A stretch of DNA of 64,000 nt from an uncultured delta proteobacterium (GCA_963745835.1 CAVUZH010000014.1:96001-160000); one strand, 5' to 3'. Shown: positions 39,486 through 49,649, numbered from the stretch's first letter. Notes: generated from the sequence alone by a model not told the origin. A program made the numbers and translations.

Positions 39486-41581
39486 GCCGCAGCACCTTCA
39501 GCGATCGCGCCTCGACAGCAACTTCCTCGCCCGCCTTGTGCGACTCCTGTTCTTCCTGCGCTCGTGTGGCGGCGGTGTCCAAAACCACCGTCCATTCTTT
39601 GCCCCAGTTTTCTTTCGGGAGAACAAAGCGCAATGGTTCATGGTGAGCATTGAAGAGAACGTAATAGCTGTCATCGACGATCCGCTCGCCGCGCGGGTCC
39701 GGATCACCGATAGCTTCTCCATTGAGAAAAACTCCGACCGCTTTGGCAAATCCCTCGCCCCAGTGTTCCTCGGCCATCTCCACCCCTTCGGGCGTAAACC
39801 AGCCGAGGTCGGTGACCGCCGCGCCGTGAATCGGACGGCCCTGAAACCAGCGACGTCTACGGAAGACCGGATGCTGTTTGCGCAGTTCGATTAATTTAGT
39901 CGTGAATTCAAGCAAATCGTGATCGGCGGACTGCCCAATCAAACCAAGAGATCTCGTTGTCCTGACAGTAGCCGTTGTTGTTGCCCTTTTGGGTGCGGCC
40001 GATCTCGTCGCCGCCGAGCAGCATGGGAATGCCTTGGGATAAAAACAAGGTCGATAGAAAGTTGCGCTTTTGACGGTTGCGCAGCGCGTTGACTGCCGGA
40101 TCGTCGGTGGGTCCCTCCGCGCCGCAGTTCCACGAACGATTGTGACTTTCGCCGTCGCGGTTTTCTTCGCCATTGGCCTCATTATGCTTGTCATTGTAAG
40201 AAACCAAATCGTTGAGCGTGAAGCCGTCATGGGCCGTAATGAAGTTCACGCTTGCATACGGCCGTCGGCCCGTCCCCTCGTAGAGATCGGAGCTGCCGGT
40301 GAAGCGAAAGGCAAACTCACCCAGCGTCTGATCCTGTCCGCGCCAATAATCGCGCACGCAGTCGCGGTACTTGCCGTTCCATTCCAGCCACAACGGCGGA
40401 AAGTTTCCCACCTGGTAACCGCCTTCGCCGACATCCCACGGTTCGGCAATAAGCTTGGTCTGGCTAATGACTGGATCCTGTTGGATGATGTCAAAGAAAG
40501 CCGAAAGCCGGTCGACATCGTGCAGGCCCCGCGCCAAGGTGGACGCCAGATCGAACCGAAACCCGTCAACATGCATTTCGAGCACCCAATAGCGCAGCGA
40601 ATCCATGATCAGCTGCAGCACGTGGGGATGACGCATGTTAAGAGTATTGCCGGTTCCGGTGTAATCCATATAGAAACGGCGATCGTCGTTCATCAGGCGG
40701 TAATAGGCAGCATTGTCGAGTCCTTTAAAGGATAGCGTCGGTCCCAGATGATTGCCCTCGGCGGTATGGTTGTAGACCACATCGAGAATTACCTCGATGC
40801 CGGCTTCATGAAGCGCCTTGACCATCTGTTTGAACTCCTGAACCTGCTGGCCGGTCTGACCGCTCGAGGAGTATTCATTGTGCGGCGCCAAGAAACCGAT
40901 GGAATTGTACCCCCAGTAGTTGCGCAAGCCGCGCTCGAGAAGATGCGAATCGTGAACAAACTGATGGACGGGCATGAGCTCCACTGCGGTAATGCCGAGA
41001 CGCGTTAGATAATCGATCGCTTTGGGGTGACTAAGGGCGGCATAGCTTCCCCGCAATTCTTCCGGAATTTCCTCGAGCTTTTTCGAAAAACCTTTGACGT
41101 GCATTTCGTAAATGATTGTCTCGCTCCACCGGGTACGAGGATGGCGGTCGTTGCCCCAATCAAAAAAAGGATTGATCACCACGGATTTGGGCATGAAGGG
41201 AGCGCTGTCAGCTTCGTTGAGAGGGCCATCGGGATCATCGAAGCGGTACGAGAACACCGCTTCATTCCAATCCACTTGGCCTTCAACTGCCCGCGCATAG
41301 GGATCGAGCAACAGTTTCGCCGGACTACAGCGAATGCCGTCTCCTGGAGCCCAGGGTCCATGAACGCGGAAGCCGTAACGTTGACCAGGAACAATGTTAG
41401 GCAGGTAGCCGTGCCAGCAAAGACTCGTTGTCTCGGGAAGGTCGCAACGTGTCTCATTCCCCTGTTCATCGAACAAACAGAGCTCGACTCGGTCGGCTAC
41501 CTCGGAGAAAACTGAAAAATTAGTACCGGCGCCGTCATACGACGCGCCTAGAGGATAATTATTCCCCGGCCAAACCTTCAT
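39475..41581 (-). CDS. glgX: Glycogen debranching enzyme GlgX/TreX (frameshift near 39935)
   Basis: [53 protein letters not shown]; removing one G restores WFDWQSADHD. Confidence 0.93.
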
Positions 41582-41703
41582 CTAAACTACTCCCAGCGTG
41601 CTTCGAATGATCAGCCGGAAAGGATGGAGCGCGTCTCGATGTGATTCAATCGGCGATATTTCGATTGTCTGTTGGATTCTATGCTGGTTGAACATCTTGG
41701 TTC

Positions 41704-41719
41704 AGCAAAACGAATGCCA
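41704..41719 (-). promoter_or_regulatory. Sigma54 (-24/-12) promoter candidate for glgX-treY-treZ-malQ
   Basis: Minus strand TGGCATTCGTTTTGCT = GG-N10-GC with a close match to TGGCAC-N5-TTGCW, about 120 bp upstream of glgX. Confidence 0.65.
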
Positions 41720-42111
41720 CCAGCGTGGGGTTCCCACGCTGCATCGCAGTTGAGCAACTGAGATCACGTCGATTGCGCTAGAAACTGCGCGCGAATGTCT
41801 TTGTCATTCGCGACCTCCAGTCGACCGATGGACTGCTAGTGCCTTGCACGACATTCGGACGCGTTTATATTTTTCATCTAGGCTCAACCGATTAATGTGC
41901 GAATCTGAAACATCCCTTATTGATACCCTATCCCACGAACGCTACACGGTCGCATTTCAGAAGGAAGCACGCGTGATCCGAGGCAGCAGCCACTTGAGAG
42001 ACGCCTCTGCCGAAGCCAGCTGCGGGTTCGTGCCTGAAGTTGGTTTCGTAAGACATAAGAAAGTTCAAGCAAGCGGATCGAAAGCAACTCTCAGACTTCA
42101 TGAAAGACATT

Positions 42112-42127
42112 GGGCGTGATTCTTGCA
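42112..42127 (+). promoter_or_regulatory. Sigma54-like promoter candidate facing the diiron-oxidase cluster
   Basis: GGGCGTGATTCTTGCA = GG-N10-GC with TTGCA; weaker -24 match, about 360 bp upstream of the ATG. Confidence 0.35.
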
Positions 42128-42485
42128 CAATGTACTGGTTTGCGGCTCGTATGGCTTTAACAAACCTATCTGAGTTCTTTGTCGGACTACGCGCTAAATA
42201 AAGTGACCACGCTGCAGAATCTTTTGCTGGTCAGGCTGATATCTCTGAGGGCAGGAATCATTGGGGAGCATCGCCGGCCCTCAACCTATGATCCTATACC
42301 TTCGTAAGACGCGTTTGCGATCATAAGATCTTCCTTCTGCTCTGGCGCTTCCATGGAGCGAACAAACCGGGAAGATAATGCTTCCACCTCGAAACAGCGG
42401 ATTCAGCATTTCATCCTGGGGAAGTTATCGAAAACGCGTCGCCCTTGCAAGAACAAACTTGTCGAGCAGCAAACGGAGGCGATGA

Positions 42486-43652
42486 ATGCAAAGTGAGCAA
42501 GCCGAACACATTAACCGCGCGCACTCGAAGTATGCCGCAATGGAGGAGCCAATATTGCCAGCAGAGTACGGAGAAGCGGAAGAGAGCTTTGCCGAGCTCA
42601 TAAAATCGAAGTGCCTGGACCACTACGTCACAGACCGCCCTGCGCCTGTTCGGCGATTCGAAGCCGCAGTTGAGAAAGCACTAAGCTATATCTATCCGGC
42701 AGGTCATAAAGGTATTAAGCCTCATTCAGGCCAAGCTGACGACTGCGCCCGGCTGTTCTTGCAGCGAGTGCTTTATCGAATCAATCGTCTCAAACTTTTC
42801 TGGTATGACAACCTCCAGAACTACGATAATGAACGTTCCGCCTATCTGCATCGGCTGCGAGATAGGATCGAGCAGGCCTGGCAAGCATGGGAACTGTCGT
42901 TCTTGGATGTTGCCGCGCTCGGCGGTGAGAACGTAGGTGAGGCGCTGCTGCGCCGCGCGGCATACGATGTCTCACCCCCGCCGTCCACGACCGGCCTCTA
43001 TTTTCGAGATCACGTGGGCCGGGTCGGTTATCGGCGCCTCCTGGCCATCGCATCTCTGGATGGCTTGGTCGAAGCGAGCCAGCTGTCGCGCACCCTTGGC
43101 GGAGTTTCAAACGACATACACTCAATGCTGACGCGCGTCCTGGTCGAGGAGTACGGCGGCGGGAAGCTCAATCGTAAGCATTCCACTTTTTTTTCTGCGA
43201 TGCTAAGCGAGCTCGAGATGCGCACAGAACCGGAAGCCTATTTCGACCTGGTTCCGTGGGAGGTGCTCGCGGCCATCAACCACAGCTTCTTACTCTCAGA
43301 ACGCAAACGGTTTTACTTACGCTACGTGGGCGGGTTGCTCTACACCGAAATCTCCGTGCCTGCTGCGTTCGATAATTATCGCGCGGCGGCCGAGCGGCTC
43401 GTTTTGCCAAAGGCCGCTCGCGGCTACTGGGAACTGCATATCAGAGAAGATAAGCGGCACGGACAGTGGATGCTTTACGACATAGCGTTGCCGCTGGCGG
43501 CGAGATATCCGGCGGAAGCCTGGGAGATCACGCTCGGTTATGATCAACAGAAGTTGATCAGCGAGCGTTCCGGCGCAAGCGTCGCTCGATCCGTGCGGGA
43601 CGCGGAGGTCGAAGCGGCGCATCAACAAACTGTTCGCCAGAGTGCAGCATGA
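42486..43652 (+). CDS. Heme-oxygenase-like diiron oxidase (HDO; iron-containing redox enzyme family)
   Basis: Helical protein with ligand-like pattern LVE...EEYGGG..RKH...YTE...ELHIREDKRH; GGAGG RBS. Confidence 0.8.
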   Translation: MQSEQAEHINRAHSKYAAMEEPILPAEYGEAEESFAELIKSKCLDHYVTDRPAPVRRFEAAVEKALSYIYPAGHKGIKPHSGQADDCARLFLQRVLYRINRLKLFWYDNLQNYDNERSAYLHRLRDRIEQAWQAWELSFLDVAALGGENVGEALLRRAAYDVSPPPSTTGLYFRDHVGRVGYRRLLAIASLDGLVEASQLSRTLGGVSNDIHSMLTRVLVEEYGGGKLNRKHSTFFSAMLSELEMRTEPEAYFDLVPWEVLAAINHSFLLSERKRFYLRYVGGLLYTEISVPAAFDNYRAAAERLVLPKAARGYWELHIREDKRHGQWMLYDIALPLAARYPAEAWEITLGYDQQKLISERSGASVARSVRDAEVEAAHQQTVRQSAA

Positions 43653-44713
43653 GCCACGCTGGATCCGCCCCCTTTCGTTGCACGTACATCTTGCCGATCC
43701 GGCGTGTGCGCGCGCGTTCCCAGGAAGCTCATGAGTTGGCGGGATACTTCCGCGAACTTGCGCGTGAAGGTTGCGAAGTCCTGGTTGTGGACGGCTCCTC
43801 TCCTGAGATCTTCGCACAGCACGACCACGCCTGGCGTAAGCTGTGCCGCCACGTTCCAGTCGATCGAAGGTACACTTATCTCAATGGGAAAGTGAATGGG
43901 GTCCACACCGGCGTTGATCTTGCGAGCTGCAAAAGCATTATTCTCGCCGATGACGACATCCGTTATTCGTCCGAAGATATCCGGCGCGCGTGTAAGCTGC
44001 TTAAGCGGCACGATATGGTACGGCCGCAGAATTATCTCGCGCCGCTACCATGGTGGGCGCGAACGGAGGCGGCGCGGATGCTGATCAATCGAGGCGTTCT
44101 ACGATCCGGAGATTACCCCGGCACTTGCGCGTTTCGCCGCTCCGTGTGTCTGCGCTTCGGCCATTACGACGGGGACGTCTTGTTCGACAATGAAGAAATC
44201 GTGCGCCACTTCATCTTAAATGGAGGCGATGTCTGCTACGCACCCGATTTTTTTATTCTGAAGCGACCTCCAACATTGCGCAAATGGGTCGAGCAACGTC
44301 CGCGTCAAGCCTACGAAGACTTCGATATGCGCACGAAAACGATCCTGTTCATGTCTCTGCTACCCTCGGCAATCGCACTAGCATTGTTGAGTGGCGCCCG
44401 TGCTGCGCTGGTGTTTCTCCTCGTCGTATCAATCTGCGCGGCGGTCGTTGCCGGCCGTGGCCTGTTGCGGGATCAAGCGTATCATTTTTTTCCTGCTCAT
44501 TTGATCCTCTATGCGCCGCTGTGGATACTCGAGCGTGGTCTGAGCGTTTATTGGGCGCTGTACTGGCGCCTCGCTCACGGCGGTTATCCGTTCGGGGAAC
44601 ATTTGCTGTCCAAGGGAACTGGGCGAGCATGGAGCGCGGCTCGCGCGTGTATGCGAAAGTCGCACGCTTTGACGGGTCCATCGCGCCAGGGCCTAACCCG
44701 GTCGAGTGATTAA
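43649..44713 (+). CDS. Membrane-associated GT2 (GT-A fold) glycosyltransferase
   Basis: VLVVDGS, NGKVNG, LADDDIRY, QRPRQ, hydrophobic C-terminal helices; ATGA overlap with the HDO gene. Confidence 0.8.
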   Translation: MSHAGSAPFRCTYILPIRRVRARSQEAHELAGYFRELAREGCEVLVVDGSSPEIFAQHDHAWRKLCRHVPVDRRYTYLNGKVNGVHTGVDLASCKSIILADDDIRYSSEDIRRACKLLKRHDMVRPQNYLAPLPWWARTEAARMLINRGVLRSGDYPGTCAFRRSVCLRFGHYDGDVLFDNEEIVRHFILNGGDVCYAPDFFILKRPPTLRKWVEQRPRQAYEDFDMRTKTILFMSLLPSAIALALLSGARAALVFLLVVSICAAVVAGRGLLRDQAYHFFPAHLILYAPLWILERGLSVYWALYWRLAHGGYPFGEHLLSKGTGRAWSAARACMRKSHALTGPSRQGLTRSSD

Positions 44714-44730
44714 GATTAACGGAGAAAAGG

Positions 44731-46221
44731 ATGCTCGACAGCAAAGACGTGCACCGCTGGCCCGAACTCGGAGACATGCCGGCAGAGGAGTTCCGCGAAG
44801 CTCTGCATCGGGTTGCCGATTGGGTGGCAGACTATCGTGAGAGCATCGAAGAGCTGAGAATTTCGCCAGACATTGCGCCTGGCGAGATCAGCGCCCGGCT
44901 GCCGCAAGTTCCGCCCGAGGCTCCCGGACGGTTCAATGATATTTTTCGCGACTTTCAAAAATCGATAATCCCCGGCGTCGTGCACTGGGGACATCCTGCG
45001 TTCTTCGGCTATTTCGGCTCGACGACAACCGCTGCGGGAATTCTGGGCGAAATGCTGATGGGAGCACTCAATGTTAGTGCGATGACTTGGCGCACCTCGC
45101 CTTCCGCAACCGAACTTGAAACCTTGGTCCTCGACTGGCTGCGCCAGATGCTTGGGCTTCCCGTGGACTATACAGGTGTCGTTTACGACACCGCTTCAGT
45201 AGCTGTAATGCATGCCCTGGCGGCGGCGCGTGAGAATCTCGGTGTCAATGCCCGCGCGCACGGTTTATGCGGGCGGCCCGAAGTTCCTGGCTTGCGGATT
45301 TATGCCTCAGATCAGGCGCACAGCTCAGTTGAGAAAGCGGCTATCACCCTTGGCATCGGCGAACAAAATGTGCGCCGAGTGCCATGCGAGACGACCTATC
45401 GCATGGAAGTATCTGCGCTCCGCAGCGCCATCGACACGGACTTGCGCGGCGGCCTGCTGCCGATGGCAGTCATTGCCACCGTCGGCACAACTTCGACAAC
45501 CAGCGTCGATCCGGTGGATGAAATTGCCGCGCTATGTGACGAGCACCGGTTATGGCTGCATGTTGACGCGGCGTATGGTGGAGCGATGGCTCTCTTGCCG
45601 GAAGGTCGTTCCGTGATGAAGGGAGTCGAGGCGGCTGACTCCATTGTAGTCAATCCGCATAAATGGTTATTCGTCCCGCTCGACTTCAGCGCGCTCTACC
45701 TCAGAAGGCCGGAGCTCCTGCGCGCAACCTTCTCGCTCGTCCCCGAGTACCTGCGCGGCGATGCCGAACAGGCCGAACGCAACTATATGGACTACGGCAT
45801 ACAACTTGGTCGCCGCTTTCGCGCTCTCAAGGCCTGGATGGTTATCCGCAGCTTCGGCACCGAAGGGCTTGCCGCCCGGATTCGGGAGCACATTCGCCTG
45901 GCGCGCTTGTTTGCATCCTGGCTCGATGCCGATCCGGAGTTCGAGCTGCTGGCGCCGGTGACAATGGCTGTGGTCTGCTTCCGCATAGCGCCCCATGGGC
46001 TTGGAACTAGACAGGCGGTGGACCAAGAGCTTAACGCTTTTAATCGACGGCTCGTCGAAGCAGTCAATCGCACCGGCGAAGCCTATCTAACCTACACCAC
46101 ATTAAATGGCCATACTGCAATGCGGCTAGCGGTCGGCAACATCTTAACCACTGAGCGTCATCTCACGAAGGCTTTTGATCTGATCAGGCGTGAGGCCGCT
46201 CGGCTTTGCCCAGCTCGTTAA
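44731..46221 (+). CDS. Group II PLP-dependent decarboxylase, aromatic-L-amino-acid decarboxylase-like
   Basis: HWGHPAFFGYF, SPSATELE, HSSVEKA, WLHVDAAYGG, NPHKWLF, GRRFRALK. Confidence 0.9.
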   Translation: MLDSKDVHRWPELGDMPAEEFREALHRVADWVADYRESIEELRISPDIAPGEISARLPQVPPEAPGRFNDIFRDFQKSIIPGVVHWGHPAFFGYFGSTTTAAGILGEMLMGALNVSAMTWRTSPSATELETLVLDWLRQMLGLPVDYTGVVYDTASVAVMHALAAARENLGVNARAHGLCGRPEVPGLRIYASDQAHSSVEKAAITLGIGEQNVRRVPCETTYRMEVSALRSAIDTDLRGGLLPMAVIATVGTTSTTSVDPVDEIAALCDEHRLWLHVDAAYGGAMALLPEGRSVMKGVEAADSIVVNPHKWLFVPLDFSALYLRRPELLRATFSLVPEYLRGDAEQAERNYMDYGIQLGRRFRALKAWMVIRSFGTEGLAARIREHIRLARLFASWLDADPEFELLAPVTMAVVCFRIAPHGLGTRQAVDQELNAFNRRLVEAVNRTGEAYLTYTTLNGHTAMRLAVGNILTTERHLTKAFDLIRREAARLCPAR

Positions 46222-46288
46222 CGCCGTTGCCGCTTCATAGAAGAGCATTACTAGCAGTCGGCAATGCCGCCGAAATCATTGAAGACCG

Positions 46289-47563
46289 ATGTATTCACAA
46301 GTAACAGTCAAAATTGAAAGCCGCGTCCATCTTCTGAGCACTCTCGCTGAAGCAGCCGAGCTAGAGCACGACCTGATGTGCATGTATCTCTATGCTGCTT
46401 TCAGTTTCAAGCGAACGACCGCTGAAGGTCTTACAGTCGAGGAGATGGACGCAGTCAATGGTTGGCGCAAGACGCTTCTCAATATCTGTGTTGAAGAGAT
46501 GACCCATCTGGCGCTGGTTGCCAATCTCACCACCGCAGTCGGCGGCGGCGCGCATTTTTTTCGTCCCGAGTTTCCCGTGCGACCCGGGTATTTCCCTTCC
46601 GAGTTTGTTCTGGGGCTCGCGCCATTTAACCAGGAGACGCTTCAGCACTTTATATTCCTTGAGCGCCCTGAGGACGAACCTATAGAAGATGCCGACGAGT
46701 TTATTCCGGAGAAAGAATACACCCGCAGCAGCGCGAGGGGCCGGCTTATGGATCATACGGGTGACTACTCGACAGTCGGACAGCTCTATGAAGCTATCGA
46801 GTACGGAGTTGTGTCTCTGAGCTCCGCTTTAGGTGAAAGCAATCTTTTCTGCGGCTCCCCTTCTGTGCAGATCTCTCCCGACGACGTAGAATTGAAAGGG
46901 CTGGCAGTCGTAACCGACAAAGCTTCGGCTATGGAGGTGCTTCGGCTGATCGTTGAGCAAGGCGAAGGGGCGCGCACAACGAAAGGGTCGCACTATGATA
47001 AATTCAGCCGGATAGCCGAAGAGTATGACTGGCTCCTAAGGAAAAACCCAACTTTTGAACCAAGCAGGCCCGCGGCCAGAAATCCTGTGATGCGAAAGCC
47101 GACGACCTCGGAGCGGCGAGTTTGGGTTAATCAGACGCCCGCGTCTGATTATCTGGATCTGGCCAACGCACTATATGGCCTGATGCTGCGATTCTTAGTT
47201 CAGGTGTATTCAATGGAGAACCGCAGTCAGTCGGTTAAAAACACTCTTCTCAAAGCCGCGTTTTCCTTGATGCATGCAGTGGCCGCCGTCGCCACGCTGC
47301 TGACTAAGTTTCCTGCTAGTCGCGATTGCCCCGGAACGACGGCGGGAATAAACTTTGCCCTCAATAGGTATTTCACACCCTCCGAACTGACCAGTGAGAA
47401 GCTTCTTCTTATCGAGCGGCTTGACGAGATTCTGGATGGTCTGCGACCGCTTCGCGATGACGCGGAAGATCAGAGGGCGGGCGAGAGAAAGGAGCTCGCA
47501 GCTAGTCTCGATTCAGTAAAGAACACGCTCGGAAAAGTTCGAGAGTCCTTGGAGATCATCTAA
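46289..47563 (+). CDS. Ferritin-like domain protein (VioB/RebD C-terminal type)
   Basis: AAELEH...YLYA, VEEMTHL, FLERP, TVGQLY, IVEQGEG, SHYDKF motifs. Confidence 0.75.
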   Translation: MYSQVTVKIESRVHLLSTLAEAAELEHDLMCMYLYAAFSFKRTTAEGLTVEEMDAVNGWRKTLLNICVEEMTHLALVANLTTAVGGGAHFFRPEFPVRPGYFPSEFVLGLAPFNQETLQHFIFLERPEDEPIEDADEFIPEKEYTRSSARGRLMDHTGDYSTVGQLYEAIEYGVVSLSSALGESNLFCGSPSVQISPDDVELKGLAVVTDKASAMEVLRLIVEQGEGARTTKGSHYDKFSRIAEEYDWLLRKNPTFEPSRPAARNPVMRKPTTSERRVWVNQTPASDYLDLANALYGLMLRFLVQVYSMENRSQSVKNTLLKAAFSLMHAVAAVATLLTKFPASRDCPGTTAGINFALNRYFTPSELTSEKLLLIERLDEILDGLRPLRDDAEDQRAGERKELAASLDSVKNTLGKVRESLEII

Positions 47564-47786
47564 TCGAGCAAACGGGCGGCGACCTACAGGCGCTGCAAGC
47601 TCGCGTTGCGCGAGGGGCCGACCTCGTCAGAGTCAAAGTAGCGAGGAGGATTGCTGGGACGAGGCCAAGAACTCTCACACATTTTGCGGACCAGGCACGG
47701 CTGCGTAGAGTCCTCTGGGTCGATGGTGCTCGCGAGCCGAACACAGCATAGGACTACTTTCAAGAACCTCTGAGAAGGATCACTGA

Positions 47787-49649
47787 TTGAGCACTATCAA
47801 CAAAACGTCCGGAGCAAGACGTCCGAAGCCGCGAGGAAGTCTTGCGCGGGCTCGTGCCGTCCGCGGCGACAAATTGCCGTCGGTACTAATTCTTCCAACC
47901 CTAATTTTAATCATTGCTACTCTCTATTTGGGGCAAGCGTTTCTAATCCCGGTTGCGCTGTCAATCTTGCTGACGTTTCTCCTAACCCCAGTTGCCGATG
48001 CTTTAGAGCGGCTCGGCTTAGGGCGACTGGCTTCGGTGATGATTATCGTCGTTCTGGCCTTTTCGCTGCTCGCCGCAATCGGTTGGCTGGTAACGGTCCA
48101 GCTGACCACCGTCGCCAACGAGTTGCCGACCTATAGAAGCAACATCCGAGAAAAGATTAGCGATATACGCGGCGCCGGTAAGGGAGGGGCTCTCGAGAAG
48201 ATTCGCGAGACTGCCGAAGAGGTGAAAGAGGAATTTAGCAAAGACGAGCCCGCAGCGGCCGCATCAAAGCCGCGCGAAGTTGTCGTTCAATCTGAGGAAT
48301 CGTCGACGTTCTGGCCCATGCCTCTGGCCACCGCGCCGATGTTGGAACGGATGGCTTCAGCCGGCCTGGTGATCGTGCTGGTGATTTTTATGCTCATCCA
48401 GCGCGAAAACCTGCGCAATCGTCTGATCCGTCTGATCGGTTATAGTCGAGTGACGATAACCACCAAGGCTCTCGAAGAAGCGACGCAGCGAATCAGCCGC
48501 TATCTGCTCATGCAATCAATTATCAACGCGTCATTTGGAATCGCAGTCTGCATCGCGCTTTACTTGTTCGGCCTGCCTTACGCGTTCCTGTGGGGATTCT
48601 TGGCTGCGGTACTGCGGTTTATTCCCTATGTCGGACCCGTTGCCGCGGCACTCCTGCCGAGCGTCCTTAGCATGGCGGTTTTTCCAGGGTGGACTTGGCC
48701 ACTCCTGGTGATTGCGACGATCATTGTCTTAGAACTCATCAACAATATGATTCTAGAGCCTCTCCTCTACGGTGAAAGCGCCGGCGTATCTGAAGTCGGT
48801 CTTCTCATAGCGGTCGCGTTCTGGACTTGGCTTTGGGGACCCATCGGTCTTGTTCTCTCGACGCCGCTGACAGTCTGCGTTGTCGTGATCAGCAAATATA
48901 TGCCTCAATTGGATTTCATTGGAGTTCTGATGAGCGACGAGCCGGTGATCGAGCCAAGCATCAGCTATTATCAGAGACTGCTGGCCATGGATCAGGACGA
49001 AGCGGCGGAAATAGTCGAAGAGCATCTAAAGTCACATCCTAAAGAGGAGATCTTTGACGATCTCCTGGTGCCGGCGTTAAATTATCTCAAGAGAGATTTC
49101 GCTTTCGGTAAGATGGCGGACAACGAGCAACAATTTGTCCTGCAAGCGACCCGCCAGATAATCGAGGAACTTGACGTCTTCAAAACGGAAAACGGGTCGT
49201 TGCCGGCACCGGCCGCGGAAATCGCAACGGCAGCTGCAACGCAAACTCCAGAGGGCACGCCCAAGGTCCAAATCATGGGCTGTCCGGTTCGCGATGAAGC
49301 CGACGAGCTGTCTTTGCTGATGCTTCGACAGTTACTCGATCCTCTCCGTTATGAACTTGAGGTTATTGCCGATGAGCTGCTGGCGGCCGAGATTATCGAC
49401 CAGATCGCCGACAAAAAGCCTGCTTTAATTTGTCTTGCTTCGCTGCCGCCTGGCGGCTTAGCTCAGACGCGATACCTGTGCAAACGATTACGCGCGCGAT
49501 TTCCCGACAGCAAGCTTATCGTCGGTCGATGGGGTGGCCGAACCGACAATAGCAACGCGCTGACCGATGCCGGCGCCGATAGGATCGGGAATAAAATTAT
49601 CGAAACCCGCGATCAGATCGTCCAGTTAAGCCAAATTCTTCCTCACTGA
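47787..49649 (+). CDS. AI-2E family transporter with a C-terminal cytoplasmic extension
   Basis: LIPVAL..LLTFLLTP, LRFIPYVGP, LEPLLYG, WLWGPIGLVLSTPLT; about 230-aa soluble tail; start uncertain. Confidence 0.85.
   Translation: MSTINKTSGARRPKPRGSLARARAVRGDKLPSVLILPTLILIIATLYLGQAFLIPVALSILLTFLLTPVADALERLGLGRLASVMIIVVLAFSLLAAIGWLVTVQLTTVANELPTYRSNIREKISDIRGAGKGGALEKIRETAEEVKEEFSKDEPAAAASKPREVVVQSEESSTFWPMPLATAPMLERMASAGLVIVLVIFMLIQRENLRNRLIRLIGYSRVTITTKALEEATQRISRYLLMQSIINASFGIAVCIALYLFGLPYAFLWGFLAAVLRFIPYVGPVAAALLPSVLSMAVFPGWTWPLLVIATIIVLELINNMILEPLLYGESAGVSEVGLLIAVAFWTWLWGPIGLVLSTPLTVCVVVISKYMPQLDFIGVLMSDEPVIEPSISYYQRLLAMDQDEAAEIVEEHLKSHPKEEIFDDLLVPALNYLKRDFAFGKMADNEQQFVLQATRQIIEELDVFKTENGSLPAPAAEIATAAATQTPEGTPKVQIMGCPVRDEADELSLLMLRQLLDPLRYELEVIADELLAAEIIDQIADKKPALICLASLPPGGLAQTRYLCKRLRARFPDSKLIVGRWGGRTDNSNALTDAGADRIGNKIIETRDQIVQLSQILPH

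Noticed and set aside
33235-41581. glgX-treY-treZ-malQ as a novel system
   Set aside because: Well-known glycogen/trehalose pathway; only its regulation and neighbours are notable
42353-42496. 47-aa ORF (MERTNRED...AMNAK) as a RiPP precursor for the HDO cluster
   Set aside because: No RBS, no leader/core pattern, overlaps the HDO start, and no peptidase or RRE nearby
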